The notes under the pieces are model-generated. The model had not been told where the DNA came from, ran no database searches, and was given only the letters and a program-made list of their open reading frames with translations. A program made the position numbers and the translations under genes. From positions 68,181-132,180 of the forward strand of contig JBAZSG010000005.1 of the NCBI GenBank assembly GCA_041662585.1: DNA of 64,000 bases, written 5' to 3'. Below are positions 27,294 to 35,927 of this stretch, piece by piece. Origin of the DNA: Patescibacteria group bacterium (GTDB lineage: Bacteria > Patescibacteriota > Patescibacteriia > UBA1558 > GWA2-36-10). Position 1 is the first letter of the stretch. Each line of letters begins with the position of its first letter.

Positions 27294-28259
27294 ATGACAG
27301 AATATCAGCACACCAGCGTGCTTAAAGATGAGCTGATAGCTTTACTGACACCACAGAGCAATCAGAATTATATTGATCTTACTTTGGGAGGAGGGGGACA
27401 CAGCAAAGCCATATTGGAGCATACAGGACCAAAGGGAAAAGTATTGGCTTTTGAGATGGATGGTCGTGCTATAAGAGCTGCCAAAGGTAATCTAAAAGAA
27501 TATAAAGACAGATTGATTATTGTAAATAGTTCTTATATAAATTTAGAATCAGAAGTTAAAAAACATAAGATTGAAGATATAGCAGGTATAGTAGCAGATT
27601 TAGGACTGTCGTCTGACCAATTGGATAAAGCGGATAGAGGCTTTTCATTTAAGGATCATGGATCACTGGACATGAGGTTTGATCCAAATGGTCAGACGCT
27701 TACTGCTTCAGATATAGTCATAGATTGGACTGAAGCACAAATTTTAAAAATATTTCGTGAGTATGGTGAAGTAAAACAGGCCCAGCGCCTGGCCAAAGGA
27801 CTTGTCTCTTGGCGAAAAAACTTGGACAAACAAAAACAAAAATCCATAAAAACTTCCATGCTTGTCGGCGCCATACTCCGAATATTGAATATCAAAGAAA
27901 CAAGTTTAAAAAGATTTCGTATTCATCCAGCTACCCAAGTATTTCAAGCACTTCGTATTGCCGTAAATGATGAATTGGGTAATTTAAAAAAAGTTTTGCC
28001 ACAAGCTTATAATATACTATCTCCAGGCGGGCGCTTGGCAGTAATCAGTTTTCATTCTCTTGAAGATCGTATCGTCAAACATTATTTCAAGGAAATGTCC
28101 AAAGGATGTATTTGCCCGCCAGAGATTCCGGTATGTAGATGTGGAAATAAAGCAAAAATAAGATTGATTACTAAAAAAGCTATCAAACCAAGTAAAGAAG
28201 AGATAGTCAAAAATTTTCGTAGTCGTAGCGCCATACTTAGAGTAATAGAAAAAATTTAA
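27294..28259 (+). CDS. rsmH: 16S rRNA (cytosine1402-N4)-methyltransferase
   Basis: TLGGGGHS SAM-binding motif; follows mraZ. Confidence 0.9.
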   Translation: MTEYQHTSVLKDELIALLTPQSNQNYIDLTLGGGGHSKAILEHTGPKGKVLAFEMDGRAIRAAKGNLKEYKDRLIIVNSSYINLESEVKKHKIEDIAGIVADLGLSSDQLDKADRGFSFKDHGSLDMRFDPNGQTLTASDIVIDWTEAQILKIFREYGEVKQAQRLAKGLVSWRKNLDKQKQKSIKTSMLVGAILRILNIKETSLKRFRIHPATQVFQALRIAVNDELGNLKKVLPQAYNILSPGGRLAVISFHSLEDRIVKHYFKEMSKGCICPPEIPVCRCGNKAKIRLITKKAIKPSKEEIVKNFRSRSAILRVIEKI

Positions 28260-28264
28260 AATAT

Positions 28265-28588
28265 ATGTCAAAAACAAAAACAAAATTAATCAATGCTTGG
28301 CAAATTGTCAAAAACGGCAATATTTTTATGGTAGTTAGTTTGGTTTTATTGCTAATGACCATGCTTGTGTCTACCAATCATGCCAATAGTCAATCATTGG
28401 AGATAAACGACATCAATCAGCAAATTAGAAAGGCTGAAGACGAATTGAGATTGTACAATGCCAATATTGGTCAATTGCAAACTACAGAGCGTATTGAGCA
28501 AGAAAGTCAAAGACTAAATTTGGTAAAGATTCAAACTCAAGACATTTTTTATGTCGATGGAGAACGCGATTTAGTTGCTTTAAGATAG
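28265..28588 (+). CDS. ftsL: Cell division protein FtsL-like
   Basis: 107 aa, single TM plus coiled coil; sits between rsmH and ftsI. Confidence 0.6.
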   Translation: MSKTKTKLINAWQIVKNGNIFMVVSLVLLLMTMLVSTNHANSQSLEINDINQQIRKAEDELRLYNANIGQLQTTERIEQESQRLNLVKIQTQDIFYVDGERDLVALR

Positions 28589-28591
28589 TTA

Positions 28592-30469
28592 TTGTTTGAT
28601 ACTAGTTTTAGTAAATACAGAAAATTATCAATTTTGTGTATAATAACATTTATGAATTTTTTTAGATCTCAGAATGTGCAAATATCAGGTCTTAGAATAA
28701 ATGCCCTCTGGTGGGGTATTTTTTTCTTAATGTTACTTATTATAGTTAGACTTTTTTATGTTCAGGTTTTAAACAATGAATATTATTTTAATTTGGGTTT
28801 AAATCAAAGGGCAGTGGTCAGAGATATCAAGCCTGAGCGAGGTCGTATTTTTGCTACAGCCAATTCAGATAAAGATAGCCAATTGTATCCTTTGGCTATA
28901 AATAAAGTTTATTATGAAATCAGTATTGATCCTTCAAAAATTACTAGACCACAAAATTTTACAGATATATTTATAGAAATTTTAGGTATTGAAGATCAGG
29001 AGGAGAAAGATAAAATTTTGGAAAAAACGCAAAAAGAAAACAGATTTTATGAATTGATTGCCAAAGACGTGTCAGAAGAAAAAGTAGATTTACTGAAAGC
29101 CAAATTTGAAGAATTGCGCTTTGATATAAATAAAGATAAGTCAGAAGAAGAACAAATAAAAGATTTGTCAGAATTGGGAGTCAATTTTGTAAAAAATGTT
29201 TTGCGTTATTATCCAGACAAAGAAATTGGAGCACATATTTTGGGATTTTTGGGCTATGATGAACAGGGACTTAATAGAGTAGGCAAATATGGTTTAGAAG
29301 GGTATTTTGAAAATATTTTGGCTGGATTGGAAGGGCAAGTGGTAGGTGAGGCCGATATAGCTGGTCGGCTTTTGACTGGTGATGATAGTCAGGCGGCTGA
29401 AAATGGAGCCGATATAATATTGACCATTGATCGTACAGTTCAATATGCTGCCTGTCGAGCTTTAGAAAAATCTGTAGCTTTGCACGAAGCTCAGTCTGGA
29501 ACAGTGATTATTATGGAAACAGCTACAGGCGCAATTTTGGCTATGTGTAATTATCCTAGTTTTGATCCTAATAATTATAGCCAAGTAGATAGTGCTGATG
29601 TTTATAACAACTTGGCAGTTTATCACAATTATGAGCCTGGCTCAGTCATGAAAGCGATTTCTATGGCTATTGCTATTGATCAGGGCAAAGTCACGCCCAA
29701 TACTTTATACAATGATGAAGGCGAGATAAAATTTGCTGGTGGCTATGTAGTAAAAAATTCTGATCTCAAAGCCCATGGCATGGTGGATATGAAAGAAGTT
29801 TTGTCAGCTTCTTTAAATACTGGTATTATTTTTGCCACCTCTGAAGTAAATAATAAAATTTTTGAAGATTATATAAAAAAGTTTGGTTTTGGCGCCAGCG
29901 TTGGTTTTGATATCAGCCAAGATAGCAGTGGAGATGTTTCTTCTTTAGCTAAGAGTGGTGATATTTTTAGAGCCACTGCTTCTTACGGACAGGGTATTAC
30001 CGTTACTCCTTTGCAGATGGTCTCAGCTTTTAATACTCTTGCCAATCGTGGTGAAATGATGAAGCCTTATATTGTCAGTCAGATTAATTATCCTAATGGT
30101 CATCAAGAAGTTTATCAACCAGAAAAAATAAGACGGGTTATAGAAGCTAGCACTGCTTCGCAATTGTCGGCTATGTTGGTTCATGTGGTAGATACTGGAC
30201 ATTCTAAAAGAGCGGGAGTAGAAGGATATTATGTAGCGGGAAAAACCGGTACAGCTCAGGTGGCTGATTCGTCCACTGGCAAGTATCATGTCAATAAAAC
30301 TATTCATAATTTTGTTGGTTTTGCTCCCAATGAAAATCCCAAATTTACTATGTTAACCAAATTGGATTATCCCACTTCTGCTGCTTTTGCCGAAAGTACA
30401 GCTGCTCCATTATTTGGTGAAATTGCTAAATTTTTGTTAGAATACTATCAGGTAGCTCCAAATCGCTAA
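28592..30469 (+). CDS. ftsI: Penicillin-binding protein (FtsI/PBP2-type transpeptidase)
   Basis: SxxK (GSVMK), SxN and KTGTAQ motifs; N-terminal TM. The track start is TTG at 28592; an in-frame ATG at 28652 is an alternative start. Confidence 0.85.
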   Translation: MFDTSFSKYRKLSILCIITFMNFFRSQNVQISGLRINALWWGIFFLMLLIIVRLFYVQVLNNEYYFNLGLNQRAVVRDIKPERGRIFATANSDKDSQLYPLAINKVYYEISIDPSKITRPQNFTDIFIEILGIEDQEEKDKILEKTQKENRFYELIAKDVSEEKVDLLKAKFEELRFDINKDKSEEEQIKDLSELGVNFVKNVLRYYPDKEIGAHILGFLGYDEQGLNRVGKYGLEGYFENILAGLEGQVVGEADIAGRLLTGDDSQAAENGADIILTIDRTVQYAACRALEKSVALHEAQSGTVIIMETATGAILAMCNYPSFDPNNYSQVDSADVYNNLAVYHNYEPGSVMKAISMAIAIDQGKVTPNTLYNDEGEIKFAGGYVVKNSDLKAHGMVDMKEVLSASLNTGIIFATSEVNNKIFEDYIKKFGFGASVGFDISQDSSGDVSSLAKSGDIFRATASYGQGITVTPLQMVSAFNTLANRGEMMKPYIVSQINYPNGHQEVYQPEKIRRVIEASTASQLSAMLVHVVDTGHSKRAGVEGYYVAGKTGTAQVADSSTGKYHVNKTIHNFVGFAPNENPKFTMLTKLDYPTSAAFAESTAAPLFGEIAKFLLEYYQVAPNR

Positions 30470-30482
30470 CTTATATTCAAAT

Positions 30483-31748
30483 ATGCATAAGATATTACAT
30501 TTTATCTTAAAAATACTAGCCAAAGCTGTTATTGCTAAATATAAACCAAAAGTGATTGGTATTACTGGTTCAGTTGGTAAAACATCGGCCAAAGAAGCCA
30601 TTGCTGTTGTTTTGCGAGCCAAATTTAATACTAGAGCTGCTAGTAAAAATTTTAATAATGAAGTTGGCACTCCACTTACCATTTTGGGTTGTCAAAGTTC
30701 TCCAGGTAAAAATATATTGGCTTGGTGCTGGGTATTTGTTTTGGCTATAAAATTATTGCTTATTAAAGATAAAAATTATCCGCAGGTATTGGTTTTGGAG
30801 ATGGGAGCTGACAAAGTAGGCGATATTAAATATCTTACATCCATTGCTCGTTTAGATGTGGGAGTTATCACAGCTATTGGTTCTAGTCATATTGAGTTTT
30901 TTAAAACTATGGATAATATTATAAAAGAAAAAAGCTCTATTTTAAATAATTTAACTAAAGATAATTTGGCAGTATTGAATAATGATGATCCAAATTTAGT
31001 CAAAGTAATTGCCAATTGTAAAAGTAAATTATTGACTTATGGTAAGTCAGAAAATTCTAATATTAGAATTTCAGATATCAGTATAATTAAAAGAGATGAT
31101 AGCTACGGTACTAATTTTAAATTAAATTATAAAGGTTCTGAAGTGCCTATGTTTTTGCCATATGTTTTGGGTTGGCAACATGCTCATGCTGCTGCTAGTG
31201 CTACAGCCGTGGCACTGCACTTGGGTATGAATTTGGTAGAGATTGGAAACAAATTATTGGAATATAGGCCAGCCAAAGGTAGGACAAATTTGATAAAGGG
31301 TATTAAAGATACTTGGATAATTGATGATACTTACAATGCTTCTCCTCAGTCTGCTAAGGTGGCTTTGGATATTTTGATGGAAATACCCATAGCTGGAAGG
31401 AAAATAGCAGTATTGGGGGATATTTTGGAGCTTGGAGCACTGAGTGAAGCAAGTCACCAGGAAGTAGGTAGAGAGTTGACTCGTTTGGGAGTTGAATATT
31501 TGTTTGTCGTAGGGGAGAGATCACGTGATATTGCCAGAGGTGCCAGAGAAGCTGGTATGAATAAAGACAATATATATCATTTTCCATATACCAAAGAAGC
31601 TGGTATATTTTTGCAAGAAAAATTACAGGCCAATGATGTTGTATTGGTCAAAGGTTCTCGTGGTGCCAAAATGGAGCAAATAGTATATGAGATTATGGCT
31701 AAACCATGGTTGGCCAAAGATTTGTTAGTGGGACCAGTAGTTAAATAG
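30483..31748 (+). CDS. murF: UDP-N-acetylmuramoyl-tripeptide--D-alanyl-D-alanine ligase
   Basis: P-loop GITGSVGKTSAKE and DDTYNASPQS motif of the Mur ligase family. Position after ftsI suggests murF (murE is absent here). Confidence 0.75.
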   Translation: MHKILHFILKILAKAVIAKYKPKVIGITGSVGKTSAKEAIAVVLRAKFNTRAASKNFNNEVGTPLTILGCQSSPGKNILAWCWVFVLAIKLLLIKDKNYPQVLVLEMGADKVGDIKYLTSIARLDVGVITAIGSSHIEFFKTMDNIIKEKSSILNNLTKDNLAVLNNDDPNLVKVIANCKSKLLTYGKSENSNIRISDISIIKRDDSYGTNFKLNYKGSEVPMFLPYVLGWQHAHAAASATAVALHLGMNLVEIGNKLLEYRPAKGRTNLIKGIKDTWIIDDTYNASPQSAKVALDILMEIPIAGRKIAVLGDILELGALSEASHQEVGRELTRLGVEYLFVVGERSRDIARGAREAGMNKDNIYHFPYTKEAGIFLQEKLQANDVVLVKGSRGAKMEQIVYEIMAKPWLAKDLLVGPVVK

Positions 31749-31756
31749 TATTTTTA

Positions 31757-31823
31757 TTGCGAAAAATCTGCATCAGATGCGACTTTGCGTAGCAACGGAG
31801 CAGTCGATGCAGAGTATGAGCAA
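31757..31823 (+). ncRNA. Structured intergenic repeat element, copy 1 (family II)
   Basis: 8-bp stem TCTGCATC / GATGCAGA enclosing a conserved 31-nt core AGATGCGACTTTGCGTAGCAACGGAGCAGTC. Copies at 38634 (+) and 60601 (-) covary in the stem. Confidence 0.55.
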
Positions 31824-31884
31824 TTAATATAAAGTTTAAATAGCTTGACTATTAGCTAAATGTTTGTTAAAAATATGTTTTTTA

Positions 31885-31959
31885 GGCCCCATCGTCTAAT
31901 GGTCAGGACGCCAGGTTCTCATCCTGGTAATCGGAGTTCGATTCTCCGTGGGGTCACCA
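31885..31959 (+). tRNA. tRNA-Glu (anticodon CTC)
   Basis: Cloverleaf GGCCCCA acceptor (7 bp, one G-U), anticodon arm CCAGG-TTCTCAT-CCTGG, T-arm CGGAG-TTCGATT-CTCCG, encoded CCA. Confidence 0.85.
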
Positions 31960-31973
31960 AATTATACTTACTT

Positions 31974-31997
31974 AGAACTGCTTGAGGGCAGTTTTTA
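31974..31997. terminator. Bidirectional terminator between tRNA-Glu and the convergent 32000 gene
   Basis: AACTGC-ttgagg-GCAGTT followed by TTTTAT. Confidence 0.55.
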
Positions 31998-31999
31998 TA

Positions 32000-33058
32000 T
32001 TAATTGGTATTATTTATAATTTCGGCTGTAGCTTTAGCTGCTTTGTAAACTCCTTGTTTGTTCCAATGGGTGTCATCAATATGGTAAAGATTCTCATCAT
32101 TTTGATAAGCCTCTTCAAAAGATGTATAAATATCTATGACTTTTATTCCTTCGGAGCTTAAGCTATCAATCAACAATGGTACAAAATTTGATTTTTTCTC
32201 CTGTGGTATTAGATCGTGGTAGATGTCTCTCTTATTTGGTATTGGTAAAAATATAAATTCTATTTCATGAGAAGTGAAATAATCATTGTATTTTTTTATA
32301 ATGTTAGTTGCTTTAGCTACATCAGAATCTAGTTTACGATAGTAATCATATTTTAATTTTAAAAATAGAACATCATTATTTACAAATCCAATTTCAGGTA
32401 TCGTCTCTTCATTAAAAAATTTATTTACAGTTCTTTGAAAGGCACTATTTATATAATTTATCATTCTAAATTTTAATAACTTATCAAGCTTTATAATAAT
32501 ATTTTTTATAATATTATTTTCCTTTAAACGTTCTTTTAGGCCATATTTAGGAGATATTTTGGTGTCTATATCTGGTAAAATTCTAATACTTGCCATTATT
32601 ACTCTTTTTGGTGGATTGTTTACAAATCTTCTATCCAATAAATAATCATTAATATTTGCTTGACCCATGGAATAAACGTCTCCATCTATCATATCTTCCA
32701 AAACTTCAGTAAAAGTATCTTTTTGGTCAAGAGTTGCTCCCGCTATATTACTATCTCCAAGTACTAAGGTTTCATGACCCTTGTTTTCATAATTTCTATA
32801 ACCATACTTATCAGTGATCCATTCTACTTCTTTAGCAATTGCGTATTTACTATCATGTCCTAGATTACCTTCCTCTAATTTATTTATTCTAACACTAGGA
32901 TAAAATGGGCCTATTCTAAGATTATCAAATCTGTTGTAGGAAACAATTTCCCAAGTACGAAACGTAAAATATTCTTCTGGCAAAATATACAAATCAATAA
33001 ATGCCAAAGCAATAAATGGTAATGTAAAAATTATTAATTTTAACCAAAATAATTTCAT
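32000..33058 (-). CDS. SGNH/GDSL-fold O-acyltransferase partner (AlgJ/DltD/PatB-like), membrane-anchored
   Basis: N-terminal signal anchor; LVLGDSNIAG GDS motif. Immediately downstream of the MBOAT gene. Confidence 0.6.
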   Translation of the reverse strand: MKLFWLKLIIFTLPFIALAFIDLYILPEEYFTFRTWEIVSYNRFDNLRIGPFYPSVRINKLEEGNLGHDSKYAIAKEVEWITDKYGYRNYENKGHETLVLGDSNIAGATLDQKDTFTEVLEDMIDGDVYSMGQANINDYLLDRRFVNNPPKRVIMASIRILPDIDTKISPKYGLKERLKENNIIKNIIIKLDKLLKFRMINYINSAFQRTVNKFFNEETIPEIGFVNNDVLFLKLKYDYYRKLDSDVAKATNIIKKYNDYFTSHEIEFIFLPIPNKRDIYHDLIPQEKKSNFVPLLIDSLSSEGIKVIDIYTSFEEAYQNDENLYHIDDTHWNKQGVYKAAKATAEIINNTN

Positions 33059-33063
33059 AGTTA

Positions 33064-34521
33064 CTAAAATTGAAAATATATAAATTCGTGACTAGAAAAA
33101 TTACCGCATAATAGTATGCTAAATAAAAGTAAAAAATAAATAAAAAATCTAAAATAAACCGGTCTATTTGATAACATATGTCTAATACTATCATGTCGTT
33201 GATATAAATGAACAAATTCTAAAGATAAAATACCAAATAAACTTACTACAAAAACATAAGGAGAAGCCAAGAAAAATGCTGAACGAAGATAACCGAAATC
33301 TACGAAGCCATGCCAATTAAATAAATTTCTTACTATATAAAAAGCATCTGATATATTTTTAGCTCGAAAAAATATCCAAGCGAAAGTTACTAAAGAAAAT
33401 GTGGTTAGTATTTGTAAATATTTATTTAAACGGGGGAAGTGCTTTAGTTTTATAAATAGTACAATTTTTTCTCTAATATTTTTGCTCAATAATGAAAAAA
33501 TCATATAGAAAGCATGTAATGCCCCCCATACTACAAATGTCCAGTTTGCGCCGTGCCATAAACCGCTAATCAAAAAAGTTATAAATAAATTAAAATGTAA
33601 ACGTGATATAGAAACTCTATTACCCCCCAAACTTATATATAAATAATCTTTAAACCAAGAAGATAATGAAATATGCCACCTTTTCCAAAACTCCGAAATC
33701 GATTTGGAATAGTAAGGTCTTTTAAAATTATCCATTAGTTTAAAACCCATTACTTGACTAGCACCAATGGCAATATCAGAGTATCCTGAAAAATCACAGT
33801 ATATCTGAAAAGCGAAAAATATAGTAGCAATAATTAATGACAAACCAGTATACATTTCGGGGTTGTTATATACTAGATCAACATATATCGCTAAATTATC
33901 AGCTATGACTATTTTTTTAAAAAACCCCCAAAGCATCAATTTAAGTCCGTCAGTAACTCTAGCATAGTCAAAATAATGTTTTTTTAAAAATTGGGGTAAT
34001 AAATTTTGGGCACGCTCAATGGGGCCTGCTACTAGTTGTGGGAAAAAGGATACATAAAGAGAAAAAATGCCCAAATGTTTTTCTGGCTTAATTTTATTTC
34101 TATAGACATCAATAGTATATCCTAGGGTTTGAAAAGTATAAAATGATATGCCTACTGGCAATAATATTTTTAAAACTGGTGGTGAAAATTGAATGCTAAA
34201 ATTAGATAAAATGATCCGCAAGGAATCGCTTACAAAGTTAAAATATTTAAAAGCAAATAATAGACCAATATTAATTAATATACTAATTAATAATAAAAAA
34301 GTTTTTGTTTTTTTATCATCTTCTTTAGCAATTGCCAAAGCCACGAAATAATCAAGTAAAGTAGAAAATATTATCAAAATAATATATTCTGCTTTCCAAC
34401 TCATGTAAAAATAATAACTAGCTAGCAACAATAATATCCAACGATGTTTATGTTTTAAAGAAAAATATAAAACAATAATTATTGGAAAAAATATTAAAAA
34501 ATGTATGGAGTTAAATAGCAT
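33064..34521 (-). CDS. MBOAT-family membrane-bound O-acyltransferase (AlgI/DltB/PatA-like)
   Basis: FWKRWHISLSSWFKDYLYISLGGNR matches the MBOAT catalytic His motif; multi-TM, 485 aa. Confidence 0.85.
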   Translation of the reverse strand: MLFNSIHFLIFFPIIIVLYFSLKHKHRWILLLLASYYFYMSWKAEYIILIIFSTLLDYFVALAIAKEDDKKTKTFLLLISILINIGLLFAFKYFNFVSDSLRIILSNFSIQFSPPVLKILLPVGISFYTFQTLGYTIDVYRNKIKPEKHLGIFSLYVSFFPQLVAGPIERAQNLLPQFLKKHYFDYARVTDGLKLMLWGFFKKIVIADNLAIYVDLVYNNPEMYTGLSLIIATIFFAFQIYCDFSGYSDIAIGASQVMGFKLMDNFKRPYYSKSISEFWKRWHISLSSWFKDYLYISLGGNRVSISRLHFNLFITFLISGLWHGANWTFVVWGALHAFYMIFSLLSKNIREKIVLFIKLKHFPRLNKYLQILTTFSLVTFAWIFFRAKNISDAFYIVRNLFNWHGFVDFGYLRSAFFLASPYVFVVSLFGILSLEFVHLYQRHDSIRHMLSNRPVYFRFFIYFLLLFSILLCGNFSSHEFIYFQF

Positions 34522-34662
34522 ATAAAAATTATATTACGTTGATTGTAATTTGGCAATGTTGAATATATATTTTTATCATTTTATTAAATAAAAGTGTCAG
34601 AAAACAGTTTTTAATTATTGTGGTCAATTTTTTTATTAAGGCTGTTAAAGTAGATTAATTTG

Positions 34663-34690
34663 AAAAGACTGCTGTTAAGCAGTCTTTTGT
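34663..34690. terminator. Terminator hairpin
   Basis: Perfect 10-bp stem AAAGACTGCT-gtta-AGCAGTCTTT followed by TTTG. Confidence 0.6.
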
Positions 34691-34712
34691 AGACTAAGAT
34701 GAATTGTTTTTC

Positions 34713-34955
34713 TTAGTTTTTAGGAGCCAGAGCTTTGATCTGTGCCATAATGTCTGGAGGCACGGATAGTAGTATGGATTTTTCGTTAATGCGACGAGAT
34801 ACGCTTTGTCTGCCACGGTAAAGCATAAAGCCAATGTGACAGACATCTTGTGGATGGATGATCAGCAAGGCTGATTCTTGGCTGTGAGTTATCAGGCATT
34901 TGCCGTCAGCAAAAGCAATAGAATCAATATTGCTACAAGGTTTATAATCGCACAT
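34713..34955 (-). CDS. Hypothetical small protein
   Basis: 80 aa. AGGAG 8 nt upstream of the ATG. A hairpin with a U-run (34992-35025) lies just upstream of its SD. Confidence 0.5.
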   Translation of the reverse strand: MCDYKPCSNIDSIAFADGKCLITHSQESALLIIHPQDVCHIGFMLYRGRQSVSRRINEKSILLSVPPDIMAQIKALAPKN

Positions 34956-35214
34956 AATTGTAACTCCTATGGTTGTTTGGTGGAAAGAACTTATTATCTA
35001 TATGAAAAACACTGACTAGCTAATGGTCAGTGTTTTAATTTTTAAGTAAAAAAATATTAGACCATCAGCAATTTAAGATAGTTTTTCTTATCCTTAGATA
35101 TAATGTTTATTCTGATTGTTTGTTTGTCTAACATAAATAGTATTATAGCAAAGTGAAATAAAATGTCAAAATTAAATTTTGGGTTATTGTCTATATGAAT
35201 TTGTAGATAAAGGA

Positions 35215-35241
35215 AAAAGCCGAACGTGGTTCGGCTTTTTT
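35215..35241. terminator. Bidirectional rho-independent terminator
   Basis: AAAAAGCCGAAC-gtg-GTTCGGCTTTTTT. Confidence 0.75.
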
Positions 35242-35275
35242 GGTGACTGGGGTTGGAACTTGGGGAGGAGGGAGC

Positions 35276-35365
35276 TTACTTAGGAGCGTAAGCCACGAAC
35301 ATGGCAATCAATACGACTGCCACAGTAGCCATCGCCAAAGAGCGATAAAAGAATCCTTTGGACAT
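35276..35365 (-). CDS. 29-aa hydrophobic small membrane peptide (MSKGFFYRSLAMATVAVVLIAMFVAYAPK)
   Basis: Not in the ORF track because it is under the track's length cutoff. Perfect SD AAGGAGGA 5 nt from the ATG. Own promoter TTGACA-17-TATAGT upstream and terminator downstream. Local GC is elevated. Confidence 0.55.
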   Translation of the reverse strand: MSKGFFYRSLAMATVAVVLIAMFVAYAPK

Positions 35366-35418
35366 TTTTGTCCTCCTTTTGTAGTCTTTCATGATTATTG
35401 AACATTTAGATTAAAGAT

Positions 35419-35447
35419 ACTATAGCATATAATAAAAAATTTGTCAA
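35419..35447 (-). promoter_or_regulatory. Sigma70-type promoter (TTGACA-17-TATAGT) for the 29-aa peptide gene
   Basis: Minus-strand -35 at 35447-35442, 17-nt spacer, -10 at 35424-35419. It is divergent from the rplU promoter (TTGACA 35473-78, TAATAT 35496-501). Confidence 0.55.
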
Positions 35448-35526
35448 TAGTACTATATTTTAGTACTTATAGTTGACAATATATGATATTTTTGTTAATA
35501 TTTATCTCGTTATAATTATAAAAACT

Positions 35527-35841
35527 ATGAAAGCAGTTATCAGAACAGGTGGAAAACAATATCATGTGGCTAAAGGTGATGTTATTAAAATTGAAAAATT
35601 AGCCAAAGCCGAAGAAGGTAAAAAAGTAATTTTTGATACAGTTTTACTTATTAGTGACAAAGATAAAGTAGTAGTTGGTAATCCTACTGTAGCTAAAGCA
35701 AAAGTTGAAGGTACTTTGCTACGCAATTTTAAAGATAAAAAAATCGATGTTCTAAAATATAAAAATAAGATTAGATACAGAAGGAATTATGGACATCGCC
35801 AACAGTTAGCTGAAGTAAAAATTGATAATATTATAGCTTAA
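35527..35841 (+). CDS. rplU: 50S ribosomal protein L21
   Basis: MKAVIRTGGKQYHVAKGDVIKIEKL.. Start at the internal ATG 35527; the track start at 35473 lies within the promoter. Confidence 0.88.
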   Translation: MKAVIRTGGKQYHVAKGDVIKIEKLAKAEEGKKVIFDTVLLISDKDKVVVGNPTVAKAKVEGTLLRNFKDKKIDVLKYKNKIRYRRNYGHRQQLAEVKIDNIIA

Positions 35842-35867
35842 CACTTCCGTTTGGCATACGCCAGACA

Positions 35868-35892
35868 CCTCCCCTTAACAGGGGAGGTTTTT
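35868..35892 (+). terminator. Terminator of rplU
   Basis: CCTCCCC-ttaaca-GGGGAGG followed by TTTTT. Confidence 0.75.
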
Positions 35893-35899
35893 AAATTGT

Positions 35900-35926
35900 A
35901 AAAAAAAGTCCCCCTGTTAAGGGGGA
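35900..35926 (-). terminator. Terminator of recR (convergent, same palindromic hairpin motif)
   Basis: Minus strand TCCCCC-ttaaca-GGGGGA followed by a T8 run. Confidence 0.7.
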
Positions 35927-35927
35927 T

